Below are positions 1-10,105 of a DNA stretch of 64,000 bases, piece by piece. The stretch is from a virus. Each line of letters begins with the position of its first letter. The stretch's first letter is position 1. The translations under genes were made by a program, and so were the position numbers. The notes under the pieces are model-generated. The model saw only the letters and a program-made list of their open reading frames with translations, was not told the DNA's origin and searched no databases. The stretch lies in the IMG/VR virus record IMGVR_UViG_3300025849_000009. One strand, written 5' to 3'.

Positions 1-189
1 AGAAGAAGTACCTGTTTGAACTTTAATAGATTCTAAAGTTTCAGGTATTCCTTTTATTAGCTTAATAAAATCTTTTAGGCTATCTGCAGAGCCTGCCCAA
101 TCAGATTCTATTTTTTTGCCGTTAATAGTAGAATATGAATATTCTATTTTCTCGTTAACGTATTGTTTAAATAACTTTACATGTTTCAT
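1..189 (-). CDS. Partial CDS (runs off window edge), putative head-packaged protein with capsid-targeting-like N-terminus
   Basis: Manual translation from ATG at 189: MKHVKLFKQYVNEKIEYSYSTINGKKIESDWAGSADSLKDFIKLIKGIPETLESIKVQTGTSS, open to position 1; starts 1 nt after the stop of the upstream gene; not in ORF track. Confidence 0.8.
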   Translation of the reverse strand, partial: MKHVKLFKQYVNEKIEYSYSTINGKKIESDWAGSADSLKDFIKLIKGIPETLESIKVQTGTSS

Positions 190-190
190 T

Positions 191-1279
191 TTAGTGATTG
201 TTCATTATATCTATTAAATTATTAGCTGTTCCATTATTAAAAGAATAACTTGAGTTTGTTAATCCAATTGTACTATAATTAGTACCTGATGAATAGTCAA
301 ACATAACACCGCCGTCTGATGAATTATATTCATCTAGTACAAACATTAATTCATAAATTTCTTGAAACATTTTATCTTTAATTTTTGAATCAATTCCACT
401 ACCACATGTGACTGCAATTAAAAACGTTCTTCTACCACCTGGGTTAAAGTTTGATCTGCCTTGAATTTGTCCACCAACAGTAGATCTCATTGTTCCAGAC
501 CATCCGCCTGCTGCAGGGACTGAAGATTCCTCAGTTTCATATTTTTTATATTTCTTAATAACTTTAGAAATAGCTTCTGCTAGTTTTACAGCGTTTCTGC
601 CCTGAAAAATGTCGTAAGAATCTTTTGCAGTATCACCTTGTACCATTAATGGTTCTTTATAACTTGGTAATTTACCTGATTTTAAAGTAGATTCAACAGC
701 GTTTAAAATCCCACTGTATGAATCTCCCCATTTTTCTACTGCTATTTTAGCAAGCCTAAGCTTGTCTTCTAATTTAGCTTTAATTCCTTTTTTACCAAAA
801 GACACTGCCTCGTTTACAAATGCTTCGAATAATTTTACGTGTTTAAGTTTATGCGTATTTTGAATTTTAGATTCATTTATATCCATACCGTCCCAATCCC
901 ATTTGTAATGTTTACCATCAGCAGCAGTACCTAGATAACCATACATTCCTTTTTTAAAGCCATCAAAGAAAATGGCAGCACCATACTCTCCAAGTTCATC
1001 TTGAACATACTCTCTTGCACCGGCTTCATCAAATTCTTCTACAAAAACACCACCTTCTTCAAAGAAGAATAAAATTCCAGATCTTGTGTTAATTGAATCA
1101 CCCTCAAACCATGCGTCATTATCCTCGTCGTATGAATCTCCTTCATCATCTGGATCACCATACATGTCGAAACCCGACCATTGAGATATACCATATGCTA
1201 GTGCTTCTTTTTCTGTCTTAAAGAAATTCATTTGAGCATAATCTCCAGATCTTTCTCTTACGTAAAATATTTTTGCCAT
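191..1279 (-). CDS. Two-module hypothetical protein, putative internal head protein
   Basis: N-terminal domain paralogous to that of 1304..3253; internal DINES..KLKHVKLFEAFVNE motif separates a second domain. Confidence 0.6.
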   Translation of the reverse strand: MAKIFYVRERSGDYAQMNFFKTEKEALAYGISQWSGFDMYGDPDDEGDSYDEDNDAWFEGDSINTRSGILFFFEEGGVFVEEFDEAGAREYVQDELGEYGAAIFFDGFKKGMYGYLGTAADGKHYKWDWDGMDINESKIQNTHKLKHVKLFEAFVNEAVSFGKKGIKAKLEDKLRLAKIAVEKWGDSYSGILNAVESTLKSGKLPSYKEPLMVQGDTAKDSYDIFQGRNAVKLAEAISKVIKKYKKYETEESSVPAAGGWSGTMRSTVGGQIQGRSNFNPGGRRTFLIAVTCGSGIDSKIKDKMFQEIYELMFVLDEYNSSDGGVMFDYSSGTNYSTIGLTNSSYSFNNGTANNLIDIMNNH

Positions 1280-1303
1280 CGTGTTATTATTTTTGTTTGT
1301 TAA

Positions 1304-3253
1304 TTACCACGCGTAATCAAATGTTTTGATTTTATTAATTCTATCCTTGATATTCTTAGCATAGTTTTTAGTTTCTCTTTCGTACCAGCTTTCAGCTGCT
1401 CCATATCTTTCTTTAGATTCTTCGCCCTGTCTAACATAATCACAATATCTAGAATAGTCATCTAATATATTTGACATATGATTAGAAGCATCTCTTAATT
1501 TAACAACAGATCCTCTTTTGTTTGTTCCAATCATGATTTCACCATATTTGGTTTTCTCACCTTTTTTTAATCCATTTTGAATTTGTGCAGTTAATTCATC
1601 AATTGCATCTGAGACCATTTTATCTAGTGGCAATTTAGCCGCGTTGTTAGCTAAAATAGTTTCGTATCTTTTCTTATTTTCAGATTTAAAATCATCATGT
1701 GATTTAAATGCTGTAGCTCCTGATTTTGCTGCTGCTCTATCTGCTCTTTTATTTGCAGTTGAATACTTTTGTTGTAATAAATCAACGTTGATAACAATAG
1801 CTCTATCTGCAACTTCTGCAATTCTCTTTACATTGTAGAGTCCAGTTGCATCCCATCCTTTGTATTTTTTACCAATACCTATAGAATCTGTTGGATTATT
1901 ATCTACTGCTTTAAGGTTTCTATCTTTGTTTTTTCCACGGAATCGACTAGTCGATGACCAAACTTGATCATAGAATTTATTACCACCAGAAGTAACAGCT
2001 AATAAATAACCTCCACCTGGGATAGTTTTATTACTTACATATGCATCATAAGGTGCATGTGGATTTTCTTTTTCATTGTCTGAAATATAAAAAATAATAG
2101 AATTTGATTGTTTTGCTTTATATGCAGTTTGTGGGTCTGTAGTAATAAGATCTTCATCTTGTACTTTGTCTAATGCTACTTTAGTAGAACCATAAAATGC
2201 GCTTGCTAAATGTTTGTCTAATTTACCAGATTTTCCTCTAAATAATTCAGCAAGTCTTTGTGAACCGAATGCTTCATTAACTGTTGATTCGTTTAAAGAG
2301 TTAACAAACTCGCTAAATGATTCGTAAATAAATGTTGTTTTGTTTTTTGGTGTTTCCATTTTTATATTTGATGTATTTTCTTTTACTAATTTTGGATTTT
2401 TATTCAAAAGCTCTTCCATGTCTATTTCAGTTAATGACATAAAACTATTTTCTCCATACTTTTTAGATAATCTATCTGCTTTTTTAATGTCTATTACTTT
2501 AGATAAATCGTCATAATCTAAAGTTGCTACTCCAAATTCTCCAAACATTTCTTCCGCCATTGCGTTTGCAACTTTAAAAGGAGTTGCCTTCTCGTTAAGT
2601 GTAACCGCTGTTGATGGAATGATTGATTTTAATATTCTCATACCTGTTTTAGAAAGAGAGATACCATCTTCACTTACGTTAAAATACGCTGTGTTTCTTC
2701 TTAACCATCTTGTAGAATCAGTTGTCATTTCTTTAACAATACTTTTAAATTCTTCTTGGGAAATTTTACCATCTTTAACAGCTTCTAATACTTTATTTCT
2801 AATTTTAGCAGCTTTACCAACAGATTTTGCTGGATGGTTTTCAGTATACTTTCTTTTAACAATTATATTTCTTTCTTCTATAGATTCATTAACCTCACCA
2901 TCTTCAAATTTCCAGGTGTAACCTTTACCTTCTGCACCCTTTTTACTTAAAATCCCATACATACCTTTTTTAAAACTATCAAAGAAAAGGGCAGAATCAG
3001 CTTCTTTTTTTGTATATTTTCTTGCCTCTTTATCGCTATTATGCCCCTGGATGTATGCTCCGTCTTGCCATGTTAGTAAAATGCCAGTGATAGCGAAATC
3101 TCCTTCCCATCGTATATCTTTAACTCGGGCCCATTCCATTTCAAAGTCTGAAAATTGAGATTTGCCATATTTTAATGCTTCTTCTTTTGTTTTAAAGAAA
3201 TTGAACTGCTCACTATCTTTAGTTTTTTTACTTACGTAGTATATCTTTGCCAT
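1304..3253 (-). CDS. Multi-module hypothetical protein, putative internal head polyprotein
   Basis: 649 aa; segments delimited by EVNESIEE, TLNE, LVKE, and an internal FIYESFSEFVNSLNESTVNE motif. Confidence 0.6.
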   Translation of the reverse strand: MAKIYYVSKKTKDSEQFNFFKTKEEALKYGKSQFSDFEMEWARVKDIRWEGDFAITGILLTWQDGAYIQGHNSDKEARKYTKKEADSALFFDSFKKGMYGILSKKGAEGKGYTWKFEDGEVNESIEERNIIVKRKYTENHPAKSVGKAAKIRNKVLEAVKDGKISQEEFKSIVKEMTTDSTRWLRRNTAYFNVSEDGISLSKTGMRILKSIIPSTAVTLNEKATPFKVANAMAEEMFGEFGVATLDYDDLSKVIDIKKADRLSKKYGENSFMSLTEIDMEELLNKNPKLVKENTSNIKMETPKNKTTFIYESFSEFVNSLNESTVNEAFGSQRLAELFRGKSGKLDKHLASAFYGSTKVALDKVQDEDLITTDPQTAYKAKQSNSIIFYISDNEKENPHAPYDAYVSNKTIPGGGYLLAVTSGGNKFYDQVWSSTSRFRGKNKDRNLKAVDNNPTDSIGIGKKYKGWDATGLYNVKRIAEVADRAIVINVDLLQQKYSTANKRADRAAAKSGATAFKSHDDFKSENKKRYETILANNAAKLPLDKMVSDAIDELTAQIQNGLKKGEKTKYGEIMIGTNKRGSVVKLRDASNHMSNILDDYSRYCDYVRQGEESKERYGAAESWYERETKNYAKNIKDRINKIKTFDYAW

Positions 3254-3278
3254 TGTGTTTTTTATATTTCTTTATATT

Positions 3279-5126
3279 CTATATATTCTTAATAAATTGA
3301 TCGAATGTTAGTGTTGCTATTTCAGTCTCTTCTAAAACTCCCATAGAATCTTCTAATTTAGATTTTAATTCATTATACATATCATGTATCGGTTTTGGTG
3401 TTAGCTTCTTAAATAGCTTCTCATCACCATCTAACATTGCATTTCTTACTTGTGTTGCTGATATATTCTTGCCAGTTCTTGGTATTTCATAAAGTCCAAA
3501 ATCAGTTCTAACTCCAAGATCTTCTCTATATTCTGGTTTATCTACTTGAAATCCATAAGTTTTCATTCTGTCACTTCCGGTTCCCCATAACACTGGTTCG
3601 TATTTTGGCCTCATTGCATTAAACATAGTGTCAATACCGCCCGTTGGAATTACAAAAACTTCTTCAATTGGATATTTAGATTTTAATCTATTAATCATTG
3701 CAACTTGAGTGTCCTCATCATAAGGTCTTTTAAATGCATCTTCTTTTTTCTTTTTCTTAGCCTTTACTAATAAGATTACGACCGGGTGACCATTTTGTTT
3801 ATGAATAGTTTCAACTACTTTAGCATGGCCCAACGTAAAAGGCTGAAATCTACCAACAAACATATTAACTAATTTCTTACCATGTTCTGGGTAATCTACC
3901 TTTAATGCTTCTAAAACAGGAGATTCATTATATTGTAATTTTTGATTTAACAGATATGACTTAAAATTAAGAACATCATTTTCATTTGTTTTTGCCATTA
4001 CTATTGCATCTATACTATCAACTATTTCATTGATCTGCGACATTAAATCTTTATTAATAATATCTGTTTCTTTGTTTCTCTTTTTTCTAAAACTACCCAA
4101 TGCTATTTTATACAATTCTGATAAAATGTCATTCTGTATTAATGATAGTGTTTTTTCATTTGTAATAAAAACTGGATTTAATTTAAAACTTTTGTTTTCT
4201 GAAAAATCCGCAGAATTAAAACTAGCTCCTACATATTTAGAAGCATTCTTTTCAATGTATGCATTAAAGATGTGTGAAATTAATTCAATGTATCGTTCTG
4301 CTGAATCTTCTGATTCTAAAGAAATTTCTTCAAGATTAAACTCTGTAATATACTCTACTAAATCTAATATTGCAATCTGATACATGTCAGATGGCTCTCT
4401 TTTTTTGGCATCCTTCCTGTCAAATCTTTCAAGTTTAAAACTTTTTTGATTTTTACCTTCATAGAAGTTTACTATTAAACCATCTATATCATTATCTAAA
4501 TTAGAATTTAACGTTGGATTATTAAGACCTATGTTAAATATATTAAATATAGCTCTTGTAAAAGATTGATCTTTGAATTTGATTTTAAAATCAGAATCAG
4601 AAAGTTCTAGTAATCTAATTAAGTCATCTTTTTGATTTGATTGTAAAACTCCTTGAAATATAACCGGAGGTTTTTGAACACCTAATAATTCTGACCACTT
4701 ATTTAAGACCTGTGGATCTCTAATAACTTTTTTGATTTGTGTGGGATTTTTAGGATTTAATATTTGTATATGTGTTAGTATTAAGTGATTTTTAGGAAGA
4801 CTTTCATATTCGATATCTACTGTCTTATTGTCAATCATGTAGTCAAATCCGAATTTCCAATCATGTGGCATATCTTCTTTTACATCTTTAGGAATAGCTT
4901 TAAAGTAATTGATACCATTTTCATAGTATCTTACCATAGTTCTATCTACTTTATCCATTTTATGTTTAGAACCACTTTTAAAATATTCATAACCAGTACT
5001 AGTGCTTTTAACATGAAACGAAGATGCTTGTATTTTTTCTGATACAACACATGTTAATTTCAACATTGAATTAAAATCATTAATGTTGGTTGATTGAAAA
5101 TATGTTCTTAAATTTTGTAATGCCAT
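3279..5126 (-). CDS. Degenerate RNA-ligase-fold domain fused to HIGH-superfamily (cytidylyltransferase/NMNAT-like) nucleotidyltransferase
   Basis: C-terminal GRFQPFTLGH, GSDR and ISATQVR motifs; N-terminal EKIQA, LGVQKPPVIFQG, DGLIV and SFKL resemble covalent nucleotidyltransferase motifs I/IV/V. Confidence 0.7.
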   Translation of the reverse strand: MALQNLRTYFQSTNINDFNSMLKLTCVVSEKIQASSFHVKSTSTGYEYFKSGSKHKMDKVDRTMVRYYENGINYFKAIPKDVKEDMPHDWKFGFDYMIDNKTVDIEYESLPKNHLILTHIQILNPKNPTQIKKVIRDPQVLNKWSELLGVQKPPVIFQGVLQSNQKDDLIRLLELSDSDFKIKFKDQSFTRAIFNIFNIGLNNPTLNSNLDNDIDGLIVNFYEGKNQKSFKLERFDRKDAKKREPSDMYQIAILDLVEYITEFNLEEISLESEDSAERYIELISHIFNAYIEKNASKYVGASFNSADFSENKSFKLNPVFITNEKTLSLIQNDILSELYKIALGSFRKKRNKETDIINKDLMSQINEIVDSIDAIVMAKTNENDVLNFKSYLLNQKLQYNESPVLEALKVDYPEHGKKLVNMFVGRFQPFTLGHAKVVETIHKQNGHPVVILLVKAKKKKKEDAFKRPYDEDTQVAMINRLKSKYPIEEVFVIPTGGIDTMFNAMRPKYEPVLWGTGSDRMKTYGFQVDKPEYREDLGVRTDFGLYEIPRTGKNISATQVRNAMLDGDEKLFKKLTPKPIHDMYNELKSKLEDSMGVLEETEIATLTFDQFIKNI

Positions 5127-6409
5127 TATCTTCCGTATTTTATGATACCCATTAATTGATTAATGGCTGCAAACGTACCTGTTAATTTCATTGTTTTTCC
5201 TTTGTACACAAAAACTATTCCTTCAGTTGGTATAATAGATTCTATTCCTCCAATTCTGTCTAACCTAGCAAGTTCAGCTTCAACCTTTGCGATCTGAGCT
5301 GCACCTCCTGTTTTCTTAATACCTTCAGCTTCTGTTCTTATTTGATCGTGCAACCTTTGCATTTCAGCATCTGGGTTTGCTGCAACAAAATTAGAAGCAT
5401 TCTTAAGGATAATAGAACCCAATTCTAAGAATAAATCCTCAAATGGTCTAATGTTTTCCTTGTATTTTTTCTTAACATCTTCTTTATCAAATTTCTTAAT
5501 AAGAGATGCTTTATCTTTACCTAAATCTTTGTCTAATGATCTTAAGTTTAGTGTCTTTTTATCACCATACGCCCATCTTAAAAGAAGTCCTTCTTTATGA
5601 TCTTGTTCTAAATCAGAAAAGTTTGTATCAATAGTTTCTCTCCACCACATTTCGTGATATCTTGAAACTTGATCATCATCTGATAAACCATAACGATCTC
5701 TTAGTGATTCTACTTGTTTGATAAATTTAGCTTTGTTCTTTTCAAAATCTAAATCTTTTCCTATTTTAATAACTTGAGGTGGAATTACTGTAAATGTTTT
5801 GCCAACATTAATTTTAAGATCTTGCATTGCTTTAGCGATTGATCTTGCTGGTTTGTTATCATCTCCAATAGTATTACCTTCACCGTCAGTTTTCTTTATA
5901 CCATGAAATTGAATAACATCACGATCATAATAGATTACATTAGGATTCTTAGAGTAAATTAACTCCATATTCATAAAGTTTTTACCATTATCAAAAACTT
6001 CTAAATCTTTAGGGGATAATTTATTTAACGAGCTTGCTAAATCTTCTGCAGCAAATTGAAAAGTATCTTGTACTAATGGACTAGCATGTCCTTCAAACTT
6101 ATTCTTAAAAGTAGCAAGGTCCATTGGATTTGCTAATTCAGTTTTATTTCTGGCAAATTTTACTTCTCCATCTTGAACTGTTGCAAATACATTTTGACCG
6201 TCAGTTTTTTCAGTTGCTTCTTCTTCGAAGTTTAGTTCACCATATAATCCTGCTTCAATAATTTTCTTAAAATCACTAAATGTTAAATCTTTCTCATCAA
6301 ATGGATGTGACATGTGACCTGCTGCACCACCTTCTAAAATAAGAGATTCTGGTACACTAATATGTAGTCGTTCAGTTATAAATTCATTAAAATTAGTAAA
6401 GATCTTCAT
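5126..6409 (-). CDS. ATP-dependent ligase-fold protein (DUF6267-like), putative head-packaged
   Basis: EGGAAGHMSHPFD, TEKTDGQN (motif I KxDG), EGIVF (motif IV), MKLTG (motif V); N-terminal MKIFTNFNEFITE. Confidence 0.65.
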   Translation of the reverse strand: MKIFTNFNEFITERLHISVPESLILEGGAAGHMSHPFDEKDLTFSDFKKIIEAGLYGELNFEEEATEKTDGQNVFATVQDGEVKFARNKTELANPMDLATFKNKFEGHASPLVQDTFQFAAEDLASSLNKLSPKDLEVFDNGKNFMNMELIYSKNPNVIYYDRDVIQFHGIKKTDGEGNTIGDDNKPARSIAKAMQDLKINVGKTFTVIPPQVIKIGKDLDFEKNKAKFIKQVESLRDRYGLSDDDQVSRYHEMWWRETIDTNFSDLEQDHKEGLLLRWAYGDKKTLNLRSLDKDLGKDKASLIKKFDKEDVKKKYKENIRPFEDLFLELGSIILKNASNFVAANPDAEMQRLHDQIRTEAEGIKKTGGAAQIAKVEAELARLDRIGGIESIIPTEGIVFVYKGKTMKLTGTFAAINQLMGIIKYGR

Positions 6410-6429
6410 AAGGTATTTATCTTGTTTTA

Positions 6430-8538
6430 TTATTGTCCCAATGAGCTAGTTAACATACCAACTGCAGTACCATAATCTCCATCTGCTTTAGATAAAATAC
6501 CGTCTATAACTTTTTTAGCTTTGGTTTTGTCAAAATCCTCTCCAAATGCTTTTTGCAAAACAGTTATCGCATATTCTTCAAATTCTTCATCCGAATTAAC
6601 TTCTGATTCAGTAACTACTGATTCAAAGTAATCTTCATAATCAGAAACTGAATCCGGACCCCATACATCAGCTAAGACCTTTTCAATATCTTTTCTTTTA
6701 CCAGTTAATTTAACTTCAGGGTAACCATGGTCTCCTTCTTCTTTTTCAACTTCCATTTCAACCCTGTTCTTCTTTAAAGATTGAACTAAAGGTTTGAATT
6801 TAGTTGGGTGGATGCCATCGTCGTTTCCAAATTCTATACCTGAAAGAGAGGCTTCAGTAACTACTGATTCATTGTATAAATGAACATAGTTTTTATTTTT
6901 CTCAGAATAAACTGATTTGATTTCAAATTCTTTTTGTCCTTTTGTATAATATGCTTTAAAGAATAAATTTTCATCAAACTCTCCAAAGAAATGATCTGAT
7001 TTACCGATAAAGAATTCAGCGTTTGGATAAATTTCAAGAACCTCTTCTTTTGTAGTTGCCTTTAAAACCGCGTTATCAAAGTCTTTTACGAATTTAGCTT
7101 CTGTGACTGATTCACTTAATGAATTTCTTAGACCACAGTGTGTACATTCTACTGTTCCATCTTTATCAATTTGCTTATATAGGTGTCCTTTTCTATTAGT
7201 ACACTTAGGTTCGTCTGATTCAGTAACTACTGATTCTTCAATAGTAGCCTCATTATAACTTACAATATCAGAATATTCAATTTCATGTTCTTCTCCGTCT
7301 TGGTCCAATGCAAATATTGTTTTATCTCCCCACATGTCATCATTACTATCGTTGCCATTACCATATGCATAAATAACATACTCTTGTCCGTTTCCTAATT
7401 GAATCATACCATCATCAGCTTTCATAGCTTTCATTAAAGACTTTTTATTATATGATTTCTCATTAAGCGCATCTCCTTCGTCATATGCAAATGACTCAAA
7501 CATATTAAATGCATTTAGTAAAGCTTGACCTGATGCTTCTTCTTTAATACTCTCTAAATAAAGAGCAGTACCTTCAACAATCCCAATTCCTGACCAACCA
7601 GCTGCATTTGCAAGATCACTATAGTGTTTGTCTAAAATTCTTTTTGTAGTAGTAGCACCGATTGTTAAAAAGTGATTACCTAAACCTGCTACTTTTAATT
7701 CAAATGAACCTATTCTACCTTTAATGTTCTTAGATATAACTTTTTCTCTATGAAAGTTAGCATCTGTCATTGCTTCTTCGAAAAGATACTTAATACAACC
7801 TAATGTGCCTACTTTATCCATTGCACCAAAATCTGTTAGTTTCTTAGTAAATAAATTTTTATAGACGGTTAAAACTTTTTTTGCATCTCTTTTATATTGA
7901 ACTGAAATAGCTTCATTTACTGAAGTAGTTAAAGATTCAAATGCTGGATAAACATCATCATATCCTTTACCGTAAATATCTGCCATTAACCATTCTTTAT
8001 TAGCTTCATCCCATAAATATACAAATTCGGCACCGCCATCATTTGCAACATCTCTTAAATATTTAGATATATTGGCAACTTTACCTTTAGATGCTGTAAA
8101 GTTTCCATAATAATTCATCCCTGTTGGATCAGCTTCTAAACCTGAATTATCTCCATTTTTAAGAACAATGTTTAGCGGTGAGCCACCCTTTAAATATGTT
8201 TTCTTAATAAGCGGTAACACGTTTTCAGGATATGAATCATAATGCATGTATACAGAAGTGATATTTCCTCTTTTGTCAATTTTACCAATTTGTCCTCTAG
8301 TTCCTTCTTCGATTAAAACAACAGCTTCATTAATCTCAGCTCCTCTTAATTTAGTAAAAAACTCAATTCTTTGCTCTTCGGTTAATTCTTTGATAGAAGT
8401 AACTTTAAATTCACTAAGTAAATTTTTATACGTTTCTGCTTCAGTAGTTCTTTTAGTAGAATTTTCTTCTTCTATTTGCCTAGATCTATTGATTTGCGAT
8501 TCAGTTGAAAACTGATCAAAAGATTTTAATTTATGCAT
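6430..8538 (-). CDS. Modular polyprotein-like internal head protein
   Basis: N-terminal MHKLKSFDQFSTE; repeated ESVVTE/ESVTE/VNE/LNE linkers; contains a GTR...YxHYDSYP phage domain and a C-x5-H...CxxC Zn-ribbon-like module. Confidence 0.6.
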   Translation of the reverse strand: MHKLKSFDQFSTESQINRSRQIEEENSTKRTTEAETYKNLLSEFKVTSIKELTEEQRIEFFTKLRGAEINEAVVLIEEGTRGQIGKIDKRGNITSVYMHYDSYPENVLPLIKKTYLKGGSPLNIVLKNGDNSGLEADPTGMNYYGNFTASKGKVANISKYLRDVANDGGAEFVYLWDEANKEWLMADIYGKGYDDVYPAFESLTTSVNEAISVQYKRDAKKVLTVYKNLFTKKLTDFGAMDKVGTLGCIKYLFEEAMTDANFHREKVISKNIKGRIGSFELKVAGLGNHFLTIGATTTKRILDKHYSDLANAAGWSGIGIVEGTALYLESIKEEASGQALLNAFNMFESFAYDEGDALNEKSYNKKSLMKAMKADDGMIQLGNGQEYVIYAYGNGNDSNDDMWGDKTIFALDQDGEEHEIEYSDIVSYNEATIEESVVTESDEPKCTNRKGHLYKQIDKDGTVECTHCGLRNSLSESVTEAKFVKDFDNAVLKATTKEEVLEIYPNAEFFIGKSDHFFGEFDENLFFKAYYTKGQKEFEIKSVYSEKNKNYVHLYNESVVTEASLSGIEFGNDDGIHPTKFKPLVQSLKKNRVEMEVEKEEGDHGYPEVKLTGKRKDIEKVLADVWGPDSVSDYEDYFESVVTESEVNSDEEFEEYAITVLQKAFGEDFDKTKAKKVIDGILSKADGDYGTAVGMLTSSLGQ
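6607..7236 (-). repeat. Three identical dispersed 18-nt repeats TTCAGTAACTACTGATTC (encode ESVVTE on minus strand)
   Basis: Exact copies at 6607-6624, 6853-6870 and 7219-7236. Confidence 0.9.
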
Positions 8539-8571
8539 AATGATATTATTTTTTTATGTGTTATTATTTTA

Positions 8572-10080
8572 TTATATATCTCCTTCAAAATCTACATTTT
8601 TTACATCATATTTAAATTTCTGTTCCTTGTAGATCCTTTGCCTTTCTTTGGAGTGTCTTATTAGGTAATTATCCCAATCAGGGGAACTTAAATCATCTAC
8701 AAAATCTATAATATTAACCGAGTCTTTAGAGCTATGTTGCCTTAAACCCCTACCAATAGATTGTCTAATAATTACTTCTGATTTAAATGATTCTGTGAAG
8801 AATATGTTGTGAATTTTTTTGATGGATATACCAGTTGAGAATGTACCATATGAAGCGACAATGACGACTTGGTTTCCAGCTTCCATTTTCTTTTTGTGTT
8901 CTTCTCTAATATCTTTATCAATTCCACCATCAACATAATAAACGGATTTATCACTCTCCTGTCTGAGCTTTTCATATATTTTTTTGCCATGTTCAATTCT
9001 ATGAAAAAGAACTAAACTATTACCCTTAACCCTAGATATAATACTTGTTATAAAATTAAGCCTTCCAGGTGAATTGATCACATAGTTTTGCTCAAATTTA
9101 AAAACGTCTTTACTTTCATATCTATTCTGAGACATTTCTCTAAATGCGTCTTTTGTAGATTGAGGTGCATAGTCCATTTTAATTACCTTTACTTTACACC
9201 CTGCGATGTGTCCTTCGTTTTGTAAATAATGTGCACTTATTTCTGTAATTAATGGACCAGTATATGCCATTAACGTTAATCTATCTAACGTGCCTTCTTT
9301 TGGAATAGTTCCAGATAAACCATATTTATAATCTGCATTAATACATTTTTGTAAAATAGTTTTAATAGAGGCTGATTTTGCTTTGTGTGTTTCATCAACA
9401 ATTACTGCATCAAATTCTTCAAAATATGCTTTATCTTTTTTAACAAGTGATTGATATGTCCCAATAATGACATTTCTACCTGCCCTTAATTTTTGACCAC
9501 TATATATTTGTTGTACTTTAATATCTATTGCGTTTCTATAATTATAGTCTAAAAAATCTTCACTAGCCTGTACAACTAATGATACATTAGGTACAATAAA
9601 TAAGATCTTTTTTGCTTTTTGTTGTTCTAGTAAATATGATACTGTTAAGAATGATATTAGTGTTTTACCTGCAGAAGTTGCAAGCTCACTTAAACATCTT
9701 CTAAATTTTAGTATATTAAATGCTGCCTCTATTTGATAATCTCTTGGAGTTATCTCTGACTTTTCGAAAAAGTCTAAAGCCCATTTTGTAAATTTTTCTT
9801 GATTAATATTGGTATCAAACATGTCAGTAATACCATTGAGTTTAAACTCAAATTTATATTCTTTACATATTTGCATGACTTCTCTCCATAATCCTGAAGG
9901 AATCCATTTATCGTCTTTTATATATGAAACATATCCATCCCATAAACCCTTTTTAACCAAAGGATTAAATCGCCATGAATCAATTCTTCTATTTAAAGAA
10001 ATATTGAGTTGTTCCAGTTCTAATTCAGTTGCTTCATCAATACGTAGCAGCTGTTTGTTTTCAGTTAAACTAAGCTCCAC
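8572..10080 (-). CDS. uvsW: UvsW-like SF2 DNA helicase
   Basis: PRDYQ Q-motif, LATSAGKT Walker A, VDETH Walker B, GLSGT, FSTGISIK, QSIGRGLR; GTG start. Confidence 0.92.
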   Translation of the reverse strand: MELSLTENKQLLRIDEATELELEQLNISLNRRIDSWRFNPLVKKGLWDGYVSYIKDDKWIPSGLWREVMQICKEYKFEFKLNGITDMFDTNINQEKFTKWALDFFEKSEITPRDYQIEAAFNILKFRRCLSELATSAGKTLISFLTVSYLLEQQKAKKILFIVPNVSLVVQASEDFLDYNYRNAIDIKVQQIYSGQKLRAGRNVIIGTYQSLVKKDKAYFEEFDAVIVDETHKAKSASIKTILQKCINADYKYGLSGTIPKEGTLDRLTLMAYTGPLITEISAHYLQNEGHIAGCKVKVIKMDYAPQSTKDAFREMSQNRYESKDVFKFEQNYVINSPGRLNFITSIISRVKGNSLVLFHRIEHGKKIYEKLRQESDKSVYYVDGGIDKDIREEHKKKMEAGNQVVIVASYGTFSTGISIKKIHNIFFTESFKSEVIIRQSIGRGLRQHSSKDSVNIIDFVDDLSSPDWDNYLIRHSKERQRIYKEQKFKYDVKNVDFEGDI

Positions 10081-10105
10081 ATTGTTAGAGCATTTTTATT
10101 TTTCG

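Noticed and set aside
6607-7236. 18-nt direct repeats as a CRISPR array
   Set aside because: Repeats are too short, spacers are 228 and 348 nt, all copies are in frame within a CDS, and no cas genes are present
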